Source: an uncultured Algibacter sp.
GTDB lineage: Bacteria > Bacteroidota > Bacteroidia > Flavobacteriales > Flavobacteriaceae
Assembly (NCBI GenBank): GCA_947502405.1
Contig: CANMZT010000014.1
Coordinates: 7,309-71,308, forward strand
Reading direction: 5' to 3'
DNA: 64,000 bases
Position numbers and translations under genes: made by a program. Position 1 is the first letter of the stretch. Each line of letters begins with the position of its first letter. Of this stretch, positions 27,873 to 36,365 are shown one piece after another. The notes beneath the pieces are model-generated. The model was not told the DNA's origin and did no database searches. It saw only the letters and a list, made by a program, of their open reading frames with translations.

Positions 27873-28453
27873 TATTTCCAAGCAACAGATTCCATAATAC
27901 GCTTAATATCATTTTGCAAATAATTGGCTGCTGGTAAAATAGAATCGTAATTTGGTTTTGCATTAAAATATAAAGAGCCTGTTAAAAAATGATTTACACT
28001 ATCAGTAACATAAAACTGTACTGGAGAAGCCACATCTCCCTTAACCTCTGAAAGCATTCCGTAAACTTTTCTCCTATCATCCTCAAAAGGATATGCAGGA
28101 ATTTCATCTGCTTTTTTAGTATGCTCTAAAGTAAACTTTTGAGCGTCTCTTAAAAAAGCTCGTAAATTGTTTTTTTTGTTATCAATAGCTTTATAGGTTA
28201 TAAATATTGTCCCTTTTAACGCTGGATATTCTAAATTCACTCCGTAACTTTCAGTTGGAGCTTTAAGCGGTTTTGAAACTACTTTTTTAACCAATAGATT
28301 TTTTTCAAAAGTAAAAGGCAGCTCTAAATTTGCTTCTACATATTTAGCCTTTGGATACTCTAACCTTAATTCTGCTTTAGGTTTTGGCACATAATCTTCA
28401 CCACAAGAAAAACATATCAACACAAAAAAAAGAAAAGAACTATATTTTGCCAT
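27872..28453 (-). CDS. gldD: Gliding motility lipoprotein GldD
   Basis: Lipobox FSC, YVPKPKA.LRLEYP, ASPVQFYVTDS..HFL.GSLYF...PNYDSILPA. Confidence 0.95.
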   Translation of the reverse strand: MAKYSSFLFFVLICFSCGEDYVPKPKAELRLEYPKAKYVEANLELPFTFEKNLLVKKVVSKPLKAPTESYGVNLEYPALKGTIFITYKAIDNKKNNLRAFLRDAQKFTLEHTKKADEIPAYPFEDDRRKVYGMLSEVKGDVASPVQFYVTDSVNHFLTGSLYFNAKPNYDSILPAANYLQNDIKRIMESVAWK

Positions 28454-29758
28454 TTACAGTATTGTGAATTTAATAAGTTTAATGCGTTTTTTATCCATTG
28501 CTTCAATAGTAAAAACGTAATTTTCAAAATTTATTTTACTATTTAACTTCGGAAAGCTCTTAGAAATTTCTAAAACAAAACCTGCTATGGTTTCAGCTTC
28601 ACCTTTATTCTCCTCAAAAACAGTATCATCTTCAAATCTCAAAATCTTATAAAAATCCTTCAAAGCAGTTTTACCTTCAAATACATAATTATGTTCATCA
28701 AGTTTTGAGTACATTAAGTCTTCATCATCAAACTCATCACTTATATCTCCAACAATTTCTTCAATTATATCTTCTAGAGAAATCAACCCTGATGTACCTC
28801 CATACTCATCTACAACCAGAGCTAAATGCACTTTCTTTTCTTGAAATTCTGCCATTAAATCATCTAGCTTTTTATTCTCTGGAACAAAAAAAGGTTCACG
28901 TAATAAAGTAGTCCAATCAAACTGTTTCCTATCAATGTAAGGCAATAAATCTTTTACGTACAAAACACCTTCAATAGTATCCATACTATCACGATATACA
29001 GGAATTCTTGAGTACCCATTTTCAATAATATCTGGCATAATTTCAAGATACTTTTGCTCAATGTTTAATGCAAAAATGTCTATTCTTGGGCGCATTACCT
29101 GTTTTGTATCAGTATTACCAAAAGATACAATACCTTTTAAAATTTTATGCTCTTCCTTAGTGGTATCCTCTTCGCTTGTTAATTCTAAAGCTTGAGATAA
29201 CTGATCAACACTCAAATTAGATTTTTGCCTTCCTAATTTATTATGAATGCCTAAGGTTACACTTCGCATGGGTAAACTTATTGGAGAAAAAACCATATCT
29301 AACACCTTAAGCGGATAAGCCATAAATGTTGCAAATTTTAGATTGTTTCTACTCGCATAAATTTTAGGAAGAATTTCTCCAAAAAGTAGTATTAAAAATG
29401 TAATAACAACAACCTCAACAAAAAATTTAACCTTAAGGTTATCAATATTACTAAATATGTAATCACCTAAATAGGCAAACAAAATAACTATAGCGATGTT
29501 GATAAAATTATTAGCTACTAAGATGGTTGCTAGTAATTTTTTTGGTCGCTCTAATAGTTGCGATATAATTTCTATACGTTTTGATTTTTGATTTAGCCCC
29601 TCTTCAATATCCCCTCTGTTTAATGAAAACAAAGCCACTTCAGCGCCTGAAATTAAAGCAGAACAGAATAAAAGCAAAAACAATAATGCAAAACTTATCA
29701 CAACAGAAATATCAGTTGCTAATATTAAAAACTGTAAACTCGGGGGTTCAGGGTCCAA
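28454..29758 (-). CDS. gldE: Gliding motility-associated protein GldE (CNNM/CBS/CorC)
   Basis: MDPEP start, SGAEVALFSL, VMRPR, GYSRIPVY, VVDEYGGTSG; adjacent to gldD. Confidence 0.95.
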   Translation of the reverse strand: MDPEPPSLQFLILATDISVVISFALLFLLLFCSALISGAEVALFSLNRGDIEEGLNQKSKRIEIISQLLERPKKLLATILVANNFINIAIVILFAYLGDYIFSNIDNLKVKFFVEVVVITFLILLFGEILPKIYASRNNLKFATFMAYPLKVLDMVFSPISLPMRSVTLGIHNKLGRQKSNLSVDQLSQALELTSEEDTTKEEHKILKGIVSFGNTDTKQVMRPRIDIFALNIEQKYLEIMPDIIENGYSRIPVYRDSMDTIEGVLYVKDLLPYIDRKQFDWTTLLREPFFVPENKKLDDLMAEFQEKKVHLALVVDEYGGTSGLISLEDIIEEIVGDISDEFDDEDLMYSKLDEHNYVFEGKTALKDFYKILRFEDDTVFEENKGEAETIAGFVLEISKSFPKLNSKINFENYVFTIEAMDKKRIKLIKFTIL

Positions 29759-29784
29759 ATACTTTGGTTTTAGTTAAACTTGAC

Positions 29785-30231
29785 TTAAAATGGAAGATCA
29801 TCATTATCATCAACCGCAGCTGAATTAGGTGCCGGTTCATTAACTGAAGGGCTTGCAGATTCAGGTGCATTAGTTGCATTACTGCCACTTTCTCCTTTAG
29901 GCGTTAAAAATGTAAAATCAGTACATTGTATTTCTGTAGAATACCTATCGTTGCCCTTATCATCCGTCCATTTTCTGGTTTTTATACGGCCTTCAACATA
30001 TATTTTATCACCTTTACTTAAATATTTTTCACATATTTCGGCACCCTTATTACGTACCACAATATTATGCCACTCTGTATTAGTAATACGTTCGTTGGTC
30101 TGTTTGCTTACATAAGTCTCACTAGTTGCAATAGGAAACCTTCCAACACAACCACCACCCTCAAAATAATGCATCTTAACCTCATCACCCAAATTACCAA
30201 TTAGCATTACTTTATTTAAACTTCCAGACAT
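29785..30231 (-). CDS. ssb: Single-stranded DNA-binding protein
   Basis: LNKVMLIGNLG, TEWHNIV, YVEGRIKTRKW, tail DDLPF. Confidence 0.98.
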   Translation of the reverse strand: MSGSLNKVMLIGNLGDEVKMHYFEGGGCVGRFPIATSETYVSKQTNERITNTEWHNIVVRNKGAEICEKYLSKGDKIYVEGRIKTRKWTDDKGNDRYSTEIQCTDFTFLTPKGESGSNATNAPESASPSVNEPAPNSAAVDDNDDLPF

Positions 30232-30252
30232 AATTTTATTGTTTTATAAATG

Positions 30253-30260
30253 CAAAAATA
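30253..30260 (-). promoter_or_regulatory. -7 promoter box (TATTTTTG) for ssb-gldE-gldD
   Basis: Consensus match 22 nt upstream of ssb. Confidence 0.65.
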
Positions 30261-30328
30261 CGCATTCAAAATTCATAGTTCTAAAATTAATAAAAAAATG
30301 AGACTATTCTAAAAATTGTTTGTTTTTT

Positions 30329-30411
30329 GGGCGTTACCCACAAGGGGTCGGGCTTTCCGTTATATCTTTTTCTCGTGCCTCAAAAAAGGATGCCACTTCA
30401 ATCCCTAACGC
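30329..30411 (-). repeat. Structured repeat, copy C (Flavo-1-like)
   Basis: Minus strand GCGTTAGGGATTGAAGTGGCATCCTTTTTTGAGGCACGAGAAAAAGATATAACGGAAAGCCCGACCCCTTGTGGGTAACGCCC. Confidence 0.8.
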
Positions 30412-30496
30412 GGGCTCATCAGCTAGCCATTTGACTAAACAAAACAATATCATTTTTTTACAAACGTTAAGTCTATAAGAATTAAAACAATTCCTA

Positions 30497-30778
30497 ATGA
30501 GAGATATCTCAAAATATACGTTCAGTGCTAGCGCTTTTAGCATTGCAATGGTATTACCTACAATATCCATAGGCTCCAATAATATAGTTAAATGGCTCGC
30601 AATCTGCGCATTAATTATTGCTATTGGTGGACTCGCTATTTCTTTTGGCATTACCATTTGGAGCAACCAACCTAAAAAACCATCTTTTATAAATAGTTTA
30701 AAAATCTCATTTGGTTTTAGTGCAGTTGTTTTTATTGCGGGGTATATTTTTGCAGCGTTACATCCTATTTTTATATAA
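30497..30778 (+). CDS. Small three-TM hypothetical membrane protein
   Basis: Hydrophobic 93-aa ORF abutting the next gene. Confidence 0.55.
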   Translation: MRDISKYTFSASAFSIAMVLPTISIGSNNIVKWLAICALIIAIGGLAISFGITIWSNQPKKPSFINSLKISFGFSAVVFIAGYIFAALHPIFI

Positions 30779-31168
30779 ATGAAACACTTATACAAAATAC
30801 TAAGCCTTATAATTATTGCTCCTATTTTAAGTTTAGTGTTTATCGTTGGTGCAGGGTCGTTAATAGAAGGTTACAACGTTTTCTCACCATATATTGACAC
30901 AGAATTTGCTGAAAATTACACCCCAGAAAAGTTCGATTTAATACAAATGGACTTAAATGAAAAAGAAGTTCTAAAAATTCTTGGGGAACCTTTAAAAAAG
31001 AATACCTGGAAAAACGAAACAGTATTTTATTATACACTTGATGCTTTTTTAAGTAGAAGTAGCGACTGCAAATATCTAATTAGAGATTTTGCTTGGTACC
31101 GTTCAGTTATTTATTTTAATAAACAAGGTAAAATTACAAGAATAGACAAAGGTTGGAGTTATGACTAA
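30779..31168 (+). CDS. Hypothetical protein with a SmpA/BamE-like motif
   Basis: N-terminal TM; FDLIQMDLNEKEVLKILGEP...VIYFNKQGKITRI. Confidence 0.55.
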   Translation: MKHLYKILSLIIIAPILSLVFIVGAGSLIEGYNVFSPYIDTEFAENYTPEKFDLIQMDLNEKEVLKILGEPLKKNTWKNETVFYYTLDAFLSRSSDCKYLIRDFAWYRSVIYFNKQGKITRIDKGWSYD

Positions 31169-31218
31169 AAGTAGAAAAAAAGCTAGCAAATCTTTAAATA
31201 TTTGAAGTGGCCTTTTAG

Positions 31219-32265
31219 TTAATCGTTAAACCCATCAAACTCCGCAATAAATTTTCCAATTAAAATAGGCACGGGATATTCTGTAATGTTTTTAAAAAGT
31301 ATCCCTTTTTCAATTGAATCTATTTTAATTATCCAAAAAGTAGTATTCAAATGTTGATGAGACAGTTTATGTACTTTAGGTACATCGTTATACTGGCGCA
31401 ACTCAAAAGTCTTATTATCTAAATCTGGATGTTTTTTAACCAATTTTAAAAACGAATCATAGTCAAGCGTGCTTTTTGTTTCAATTAAAGGAAATTGATA
31501 CAAGTTTTGCCATATCCCTTTCCCCTCTCGTTTTTCTAAAATGGTTTTATCATCTTCAGAAATAAACACTAAAAAATTAAAATACTTTTTTTTCGCTTTC
31601 GCTGATTTAATTTTAACGGGCAATTCGTTAATTATATTTTTATTAAAAGCAACACAACTATCCTTAAATGGACAAATATGGCAATAAGGGTTTTTGGGTT
31701 TACATTGCGTAGCACCAAACTCCATAATAGCTTGATTAAACTCTGCTGGTTGTTTTTTATCAATCAGTTCTTGCGCTAAAGCCTTAAACTCTTTTGCCCC
31801 TTTTGAAGAATTTATTGGTATATCCATCCCAAAATAGCGCGATAAAACTCTGTATACATTCCCATCTACCACAGCAGATGCCTCATTAAAACAAATAGAA
31901 GCAATGGCACTAGCCGTATAATCACCAACACCTTTAAGCTTTAAAAGCGCTTTGTAATTATCAGGAAATTCACCATTTAACTTATCAGCCACATACTTTG
32001 CAGTAGCATGCAAATTCCTAGCACGAGAATAATACCCAAGCCCTTGCCATAATTTTAACACCTCACTTTCGTCAGCCTTAGCTAAATCAAAAACCGTAGG
32101 ATAAGTATTTACAAAAACTTCATAATAAGGCAATCCCTGTTTTACTTGAGTTTGCTGCAAAATAATTTCAGACAACCAAATTCTGTAGGGGTCTTGGGTT
32201 TCTCTCCAAGGAAGATTTCGCTTATTATTTGAATACCAGTGTATTAAGGTTTTTGAAAATATCAT
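31219..32265 (-). CDS. mutY: A/G-specific adenine glycosylase (ATG 32265 preferred)
   Basis: LPWR...Y.IWLSEIILQQT, WQGLGYYSRARNLH, VVDGNV.RV, C.PKNP.C..CP...C. Confidence 0.98.
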   Translation of the reverse strand: MIFSKTLIHWYSNNKRNLPWRETQDPYRIWLSEIILQQTQVKQGLPYYEVFVNTYPTVFDLAKADESEVLKLWQGLGYYSRARNLHATAKYVADKLNGEFPDNYKALLKLKGVGDYTASAIASICFNEASAVVDGNVYRVLSRYFGMDIPINSSKGAKEFKALAQELIDKKQPAEFNQAIMEFGATQCKPKNPYCHICPFKDSCVAFNKNIINELPVKIKSAKAKKKYFNFLVFISEDDKTILEKREGKGIWQNLYQFPLIETKSTLDYDSFLKLVKKHPDLDNKTFELRQYNDVPKVHKLSHQHLNTTFWIIKIDSIEKGILFKNITEYPVPILIGKFIAEFDGFND

Positions 32266-32286
32266 GAATTCATTTAATCGAGGAAA

Positions 32287-32294
32287 CAAAAATA
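32287..32294 (-). promoter_or_regulatory. -7 promoter box (TATTTTTG) for mutY
   Basis: Consensus match; overlaps the track's longer start and supports ATG 32265. Confidence 0.6.
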
Positions 32295-32327
32295 AACGTT
32301 TATAATATTAAATTTTAGTGAATTAGG

Positions 32328-32360
32328 TTTGAAATATTGAATATTAAATGCATATATTTG
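32328..32360 (+). promoter_or_regulatory. Full Bacteroidota promoter for the HU gene (-33 TTTG / -7 TATATTTG)
   Basis: TTTG 32328-32331, 21-nt spacer, TATATTTG 32353-32360. Confidence 0.75.
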
Positions 32361-32407
32361 CATCCCTTTTATAATTTTATAGTAACCTAAAAAATAATAT
32401 ATTAAAA

Positions 32408-32698
32408 ATGACGAAGGCTGATTTAGTAGCAAAAATTTCTGAAAAATTAGGAATTGAAAAAGGTGATGTTCAAGCAACTGTTGAAACATTTATGGAAGAG
32501 GTAAAAACTTCTTTAGAAAGTGGAGATAATGTTTATTTAAGAGGTTTTGGAAGCTTTATAATTAAAACTAGAGCTGAAAAAACTGGTAGAAACATTTCTA
32601 AAAACACTACCATTAAAATACCTGCTCATAATATCCCTGCATTTAAGCCTGCAAAAGTATTTGTAGAAGGCGTTAAAACTAATGTAGACGTTAAATAA
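32408..32698 (+). CDS. HU/IHF family DNA-binding protein
   Basis: MTKADLVAKI, VYLRGFGSF, KTGRNI, PAFKP. Confidence 0.95.
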   Translation: MTKADLVAKISEKLGIEKGDVQATVETFMEEVKTSLESGDNVYLRGFGSFIIKTRAEKTGRNISKNTTIKIPAHNIPAFKPAKVFVEGVKTNVDVK

Positions 32699-32764
32699 AA
32701 AAACCAAGTACTGAAATTCTTATTCAGTATTAAAACGAATTATTAATTTAAAAAGACACTATTT

Positions 32765-32857
32765 ATGCCAAGTGGTAAAAAACGCAAAAGACATAAGGTA
32801 GCGACGCACAAACGTAAAAAACGTAGACGCGCTAACCGTCACAAAAAGAAAAAATAA
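32765..32857 (+). CDS. 30-aa basic protein, ribosomal protein bS22 (AURKAIP1/COX24/mS38-like)
   Basis: MPSGKKRKRHKVATHKRKKRRRANRHKKKK*; below the ORF-track length cutoff; followed by a terminator. Confidence 0.88.
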   Translation: MPSGKKRKRHKVATHKRKKRRRANRHKKKK

Positions 32858-32861
32858 ATCG

Positions 32862-32890
32862 AAAAAGTAGTTAGATTAGCTACTTTTTTT
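32862..32890 (+). terminator. Intrinsic terminator after bS22
   Basis: AAAAAGTAGTTA-GAT-TAGCTACTTTTTTT. Confidence 0.75.
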
Positions 32891-32985
32891 GATTTTAAAA
32901 ACAAACAAAGTTCTTTGAAATGAGTTCATAAATTTTTAACACTTTTTAAGTGTATTTTGAACTCCACGGATAAACCCCGTATAAA

Positions 32986-33001
32986 CCCGATAGCTATCGG
33001 G
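32986..33001. repeat. 16-bp palindrome CCCGATAGCTATCGGG
   Basis: Perfect palindrome; also present inside repeat copies A, B and D. Confidence 0.8.
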
Positions 33002-33033
33002 ACGGGACCTGTGAAAAAATAATGTTTAATCCA

Positions 33034-33051
33034 TCCCGATAGTCATCGGGA
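33034..33051. repeat. Palindrome variant TCCCGATAGTCATCGGGA
   Basis: Second copy in the RNase E/G leader. Confidence 0.75.
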
Positions 33052-33065
33052 CAAAAATTAACACA

Positions 33066-34613
33066 ATGGATAAAGAATTGATCATTAGATCTAGTTCCGA
33101 TAATGTTGATTTTGCCTTATTAAAAGATGGAAAACTTATTGAATTACAGAAAGACGAAGATGATAACGACTTTTCGGTTGGTGATGTGTTTATAGCCAAA
33201 ATACGAAAAGCTGTTCCTGGTCTAAATGCTGCATTTGTAAATGTAGGTTATGAGAAAGATGCTTTTTTGCATTATCATGATTTAGGACCAAAATTACCTT
33301 CTCTTTTAAAATTCACAAAACGTGTAAGCACAGGTAAACTAAAAGATTTTTCTTTAAAAAATTTCCCATTTGAAAAAGATATTGAGAAAGACGGTAAAAT
33401 TACCGACGCCTTAAAATCTAATCAATCGCTATTAGTACAAATCGTAAAAGAACCGATATCTACAAAAGGTCCAAGAATAACTTCAGAGTTATCCATAGCC
33501 GGAAGATATATCGTTTTAATGCCATTTTCAAACCGTATTTCTATTTCACAAAAAATAGAATCTCGCGAAGAGAAAGACCGCTTAAAACGTTTGGTAAAGA
33601 GCATAGCTCCCCAAGGTTTTGGCGTTATTGTACGTACGGTAGCACAAGGCAAAAAAGTAGCTGAACTAGATAAAGATTTGCAAAATTTGCTTAGTCGTTG
33701 GACGGCAATGTGCAAAAAGCTACACAAAGCGCATCATCCTACCAAAGTATTAGGAGAAATGAATAAAGCCTCGTCAATTTTACGAGATATATTTAATGAT
33801 ACCTTTACTGGAATTACAGTGGACGATGAAACGCTTTATTACCAAATTAAAGATTACGTGCAAGAAATTGCACCACAAAAAGAATCAATAGTTAAATTGT
33901 ATCAGTCTAAAAATCCAATTTTTGAAAAATTTGGAATTGAAAGACAAATTAAAACCTCCTTTGGAAAAACCGTATCTATGGCAAAAGGTGCTTATTTGGT
34001 TATCGAACATACCGAAGCCCTCCATGTTATAGATGTAAACAGCGGAAACCGCTCAAACAAAGCAAACAATCAAGAGGATACAGCATTAGAGGTTAACTTA
34101 ATTGCAGCTACAGAAATGGCGCGTCAGTTACGCTTGCGTGATATGGGCGGCATCATCGTAGTCGATTTTATAGACTTAACCAGTGCAGAAAACAGGCAAA
34201 AATTGTTCAATCACCTTCGAGATGAAATGAAGGACGACAGAGCAAAACACAAAATATTGCCTCCAAGTAAATTTGGATTGATACAAATAACAAGACAACG
34301 CACAAGACCAGAAATGAACATTAAAACGCGCGAGGAAAATCCAGATGCAATAATTAATGGCGCAGAGGTTGAAGCACCAATAGGGTTGATACAAAAAATT
34401 AACCATGATCTTGAAAGACTATTTAAAAAAGACTATAAAAAGTTGACTTTAAACACACATCCTTTTATAGCGGCCTTTTTAACCAAAGGCTTTCCATCTA
34501 TACGTTCTAAATGGTTTTTAGAGCATAAAAAATGGGTGAAAATTTTACCAAGAGATGCTTACACATACTTAGAGTACCACTTTTTTGATAAAGATGGTAA
34601 TCAAATTAAATAA
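33066..34613 (+). CDS. rng: Rne/Rng family ribonuclease (RNase G-sized)
   Basis: S1 domain (LNAAFVNVGYEKDAFLH), KEPISTKGPR, TEAL.VIDVNSG, LRLRDMGGIIVVDFID. Confidence 0.95.
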   Translation: MDKELIIRSSSDNVDFALLKDGKLIELQKDEDDNDFSVGDVFIAKIRKAVPGLNAAFVNVGYEKDAFLHYHDLGPKLPSLLKFTKRVSTGKLKDFSLKNFPFEKDIEKDGKITDALKSNQSLLVQIVKEPISTKGPRITSELSIAGRYIVLMPFSNRISISQKIESREEKDRLKRLVKSIAPQGFGVIVRTVAQGKKVAELDKDLQNLLSRWTAMCKKLHKAHHPTKVLGEMNKASSILRDIFNDTFTGITVDDETLYYQIKDYVQEIAPQKESIVKLYQSKNPIFEKFGIERQIKTSFGKTVSMAKGAYLVIEHTEALHVIDVNSGNRSNKANNQEDTALEVNLIAATEMARQLRLRDMGGIIVVDFIDLTSAENRQKLFNHLRDEMKDDRAKHKILPPSKFGLIQITRQRTRPEMNIKTREENPDAIINGAEVEAPIGLIQKINHDLERLFKKDYKKLTLNTHPFIAAFLTKGFPSIRSKWFLEHKKWVKILPRDAYTYLEYHFFDKDGNQIK

Positions 34614-34616
34614 TTT

Positions 34617-34651
34617 AAAAAACCCGCTAACTTAAAAGTAGCGGGTTTTTT
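34617..34651. terminator. Bidirectional terminator after rng
   Basis: AAAAAACCCGCTA-ACTTAAAAG-TAGCGGGTTTTTT. Confidence 0.88.
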
Positions 34652-34658
34652 GTTTTTA

Positions 34659-34693
34659 TGTCATTGTGAGGAGTGCAACGACGTGGCAATCTG
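34659..34693 (+). repeat. GTCATTG(C/T)GAG-type REP-like repeat
   Basis: TGTCATTGTGAGGAGTGCAACGACGTGGCAATCTG. Confidence 0.75.
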
Positions 34694-34721
34694 TTTAATG
34701 AATATCTGTCTGATTCATTTT

Positions 34722-34822
34722 GGGCGTTACCACAAGGGTCGGGCTATCCGTTACAAGTCCTCGCACCTCTCCCGATGGCTATCGGGATCGGGCTGTGGAC
34801 CTTCCACTACTATCCCTAACGC
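34722..34822 (-). repeat. Structured repeat, copy D (Flavo-1-like)
   Basis: Plus strand GGGCGTTACCACAAGGGTCGGGCTATCCG...TATCCCTAACGC; contains CCCGATGGCTATCGGG at 34771-34786. Confidence 0.8.
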
Positions 34823-34858
34823 AGAATTTATTGCTCCAATCTCAAACAATTATAAACA

Positions 34859-35710
34859 TTAAAAAAGAATATTCAAATTTTTCAAATAATGCTCTATCTG
34901 AAAAGAAATTTCAACTAAATAAGGACCACCCCCATTTTTTTCTTTAAGATTTCTTTGACTATTTTTAATTTCTTGAATAGCATATATATAATCCTCGTAA
35001 AGAATTTTTTTATCAAATTTTAAAAAAATCACATCTTTACTACCTATTATTTTATCTATAGATTTTCCAGATATAATAGAATTATTATGCTCAAGCCGTT
35101 TGTTTGGCAATACCCTAAACACATCATATGAGTAATCTGTTAAGGCTTTTATTATTGCTCCTTTTTCCCCAGAATAAATTGTTTCTGCAAAGCTCCTATG
35201 CCATAAACTTAGAGGAGGAAGTGGGGGAGGTGGAACGTTTTTGTTAAATTCTTCATTCTTAATTTCTTGTTCTAAAGTAAGTATTGTTTTATTATTTTTA
35301 TGTTTGAGCAAAAAACTGTTTAAGAAAATTGAATAGCCTCTTTTAGTGTCATCTGAACTATCCGTCATTAAAAATAATGATTTTTCTACTAAGGCAATTT
35401 CTTGCTTAAGCTTATCTATGAAAGAATATCTTGTTTTTCTATCAGCATATACTAAAACCCTTCTCTCTGGCAATGGAAGATCATGTTTGCTTAAAATAAA
35501 ATTTGAAATATCATCATAACGTACAAATATTTTATTTTCATTAAACACTTCCTGATTTTTAGTTACAAATAAATCTATAGTTCCATAGAACGAAAGTTCT
35601 TTCCCTTTTGCTTCAGGTAAATTAACATTATCTTTCGATTGCCCAAAAACAAATATGTTTACACAAACTAATAGTAATAATAACTTTTTCTTTAAATAAC
35701 TATTCGTCAT
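34859..35710 (-). CDS. Exported hypothetical protein with ExbD-like periplasmic domain(s)
   Basis: VNLPEA...VLVYADRKTRYSFIDKLKQEI, PPPPLPP linker, then VIFLKFDKKILYEDYIYAIQEI. Confidence 0.55.
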   Translation of the reverse strand: MTNSYLKKKLLLLLVCVNIFVFGQSKDNVNLPEAKGKELSFYGTIDLFVTKNQEVFNENKIFVRYDDISNFILSKHDLPLPERRVLVYADRKTRYSFIDKLKQEIALVEKSLFLMTDSSDDTKRGYSIFLNSFLLKHKNNKTILTLEQEIKNEEFNKNVPPPPLPPLSLWHRSFAETIYSGEKGAIIKALTDYSYDVFRVLPNKRLEHNNSIISGKSIDKIIGSKDVIFLKFDKKILYEDYIYAIQEIKNSQRNLKEKNGGGPYLVEISFQIEHYLKNLNILF

Positions 35711-36365
35711 TTATAATGATTTTATTAAACAATTTAGCAGTATAGCCAGTAATATTATTTTTCTCCAATGTATCTTTTAATTTTTGACTTACTATAATAT
35801 GGCTAAAGGCTCCTGTTTTATAAAAATCATATTTAGAAAACTCAAAACTCATTTTTAATTCCCCTAGCCTAATTGGAGTGCGTCCAGTGTATTGTTTTTT
35901 TTCTTTTTGAATTTGACCTAATGAGGTTATTTTTATTTTTTTAATTAAAGAAACTTGCCCTTTCTTAATTTTCACTACTTCAGCATAAGAATTGTTTGTG
36001 TCTAGTAACTTCCAAAAATCGTTTGGAATAAAATGAAACCAATAGTAATCAAGTATACTACCTTTGTAATGTAACTTCATAGGATAAAAAGCATGAGGAG
36101 GCAAATAATGTGTTTTCAGGATTTGCTTAACTTTTTCATCCACCAATAACCCTTTACCCTCTGGATACAGTGGTAAAATATTTGTGGCTTTAGCTTTTTT
36201 ATTTAATTCTAACTCATAATCTGGAATAAAATTTGGGAACTCATCTTTTTTAACACAATAATATCCGTTTGATAAACTAGGGTCATAACCTTTTTTAAAT
36301 TTTAATTGAGGATAATATCCGATGACCTTAAGATCATCGGATATACTCAGAGTGAAATATTTCAT
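35700..36365 (-). CDS. Putative immunity protein (Imm11/Imm43/DUF1629-like)
   Basis: Abuts the toxin stop; LLVDEKVKQIL, DYYWFHF and IIVSQKLKDTLEKNNITG are typical of this class. Confidence 0.7.
   Translation of the reverse strand: MKYFTLSISDDLKVIGYYPQLKFKKGYDPSLSNGYYCVKKDEFPNFIPDYELELNKKAKATNILPLYPEGKGLLVDEKVKQILKTHYLPPHAFYPMKLHYKGSILDYYWFHFIPNDFWKLLDTNNSYAEVVKIKKGQVSLIKKIKITSLGQIQKEKKQYTGRTPIRLGELKMSFEFSKYDFYKTGAFSHIIVSQKLKDTLEKNNITGYTAKLFNKIIINDE

Noticed and set aside
30334-30795. 153-aa minus-strand ORF
   Set aside because: Antisense to the membrane protein gene and ends inside repeat copy C
34650-34947. Two short plus-strand ORFs (70 and 75 aa)
   Set aside because: Translations of the repeat mosaic
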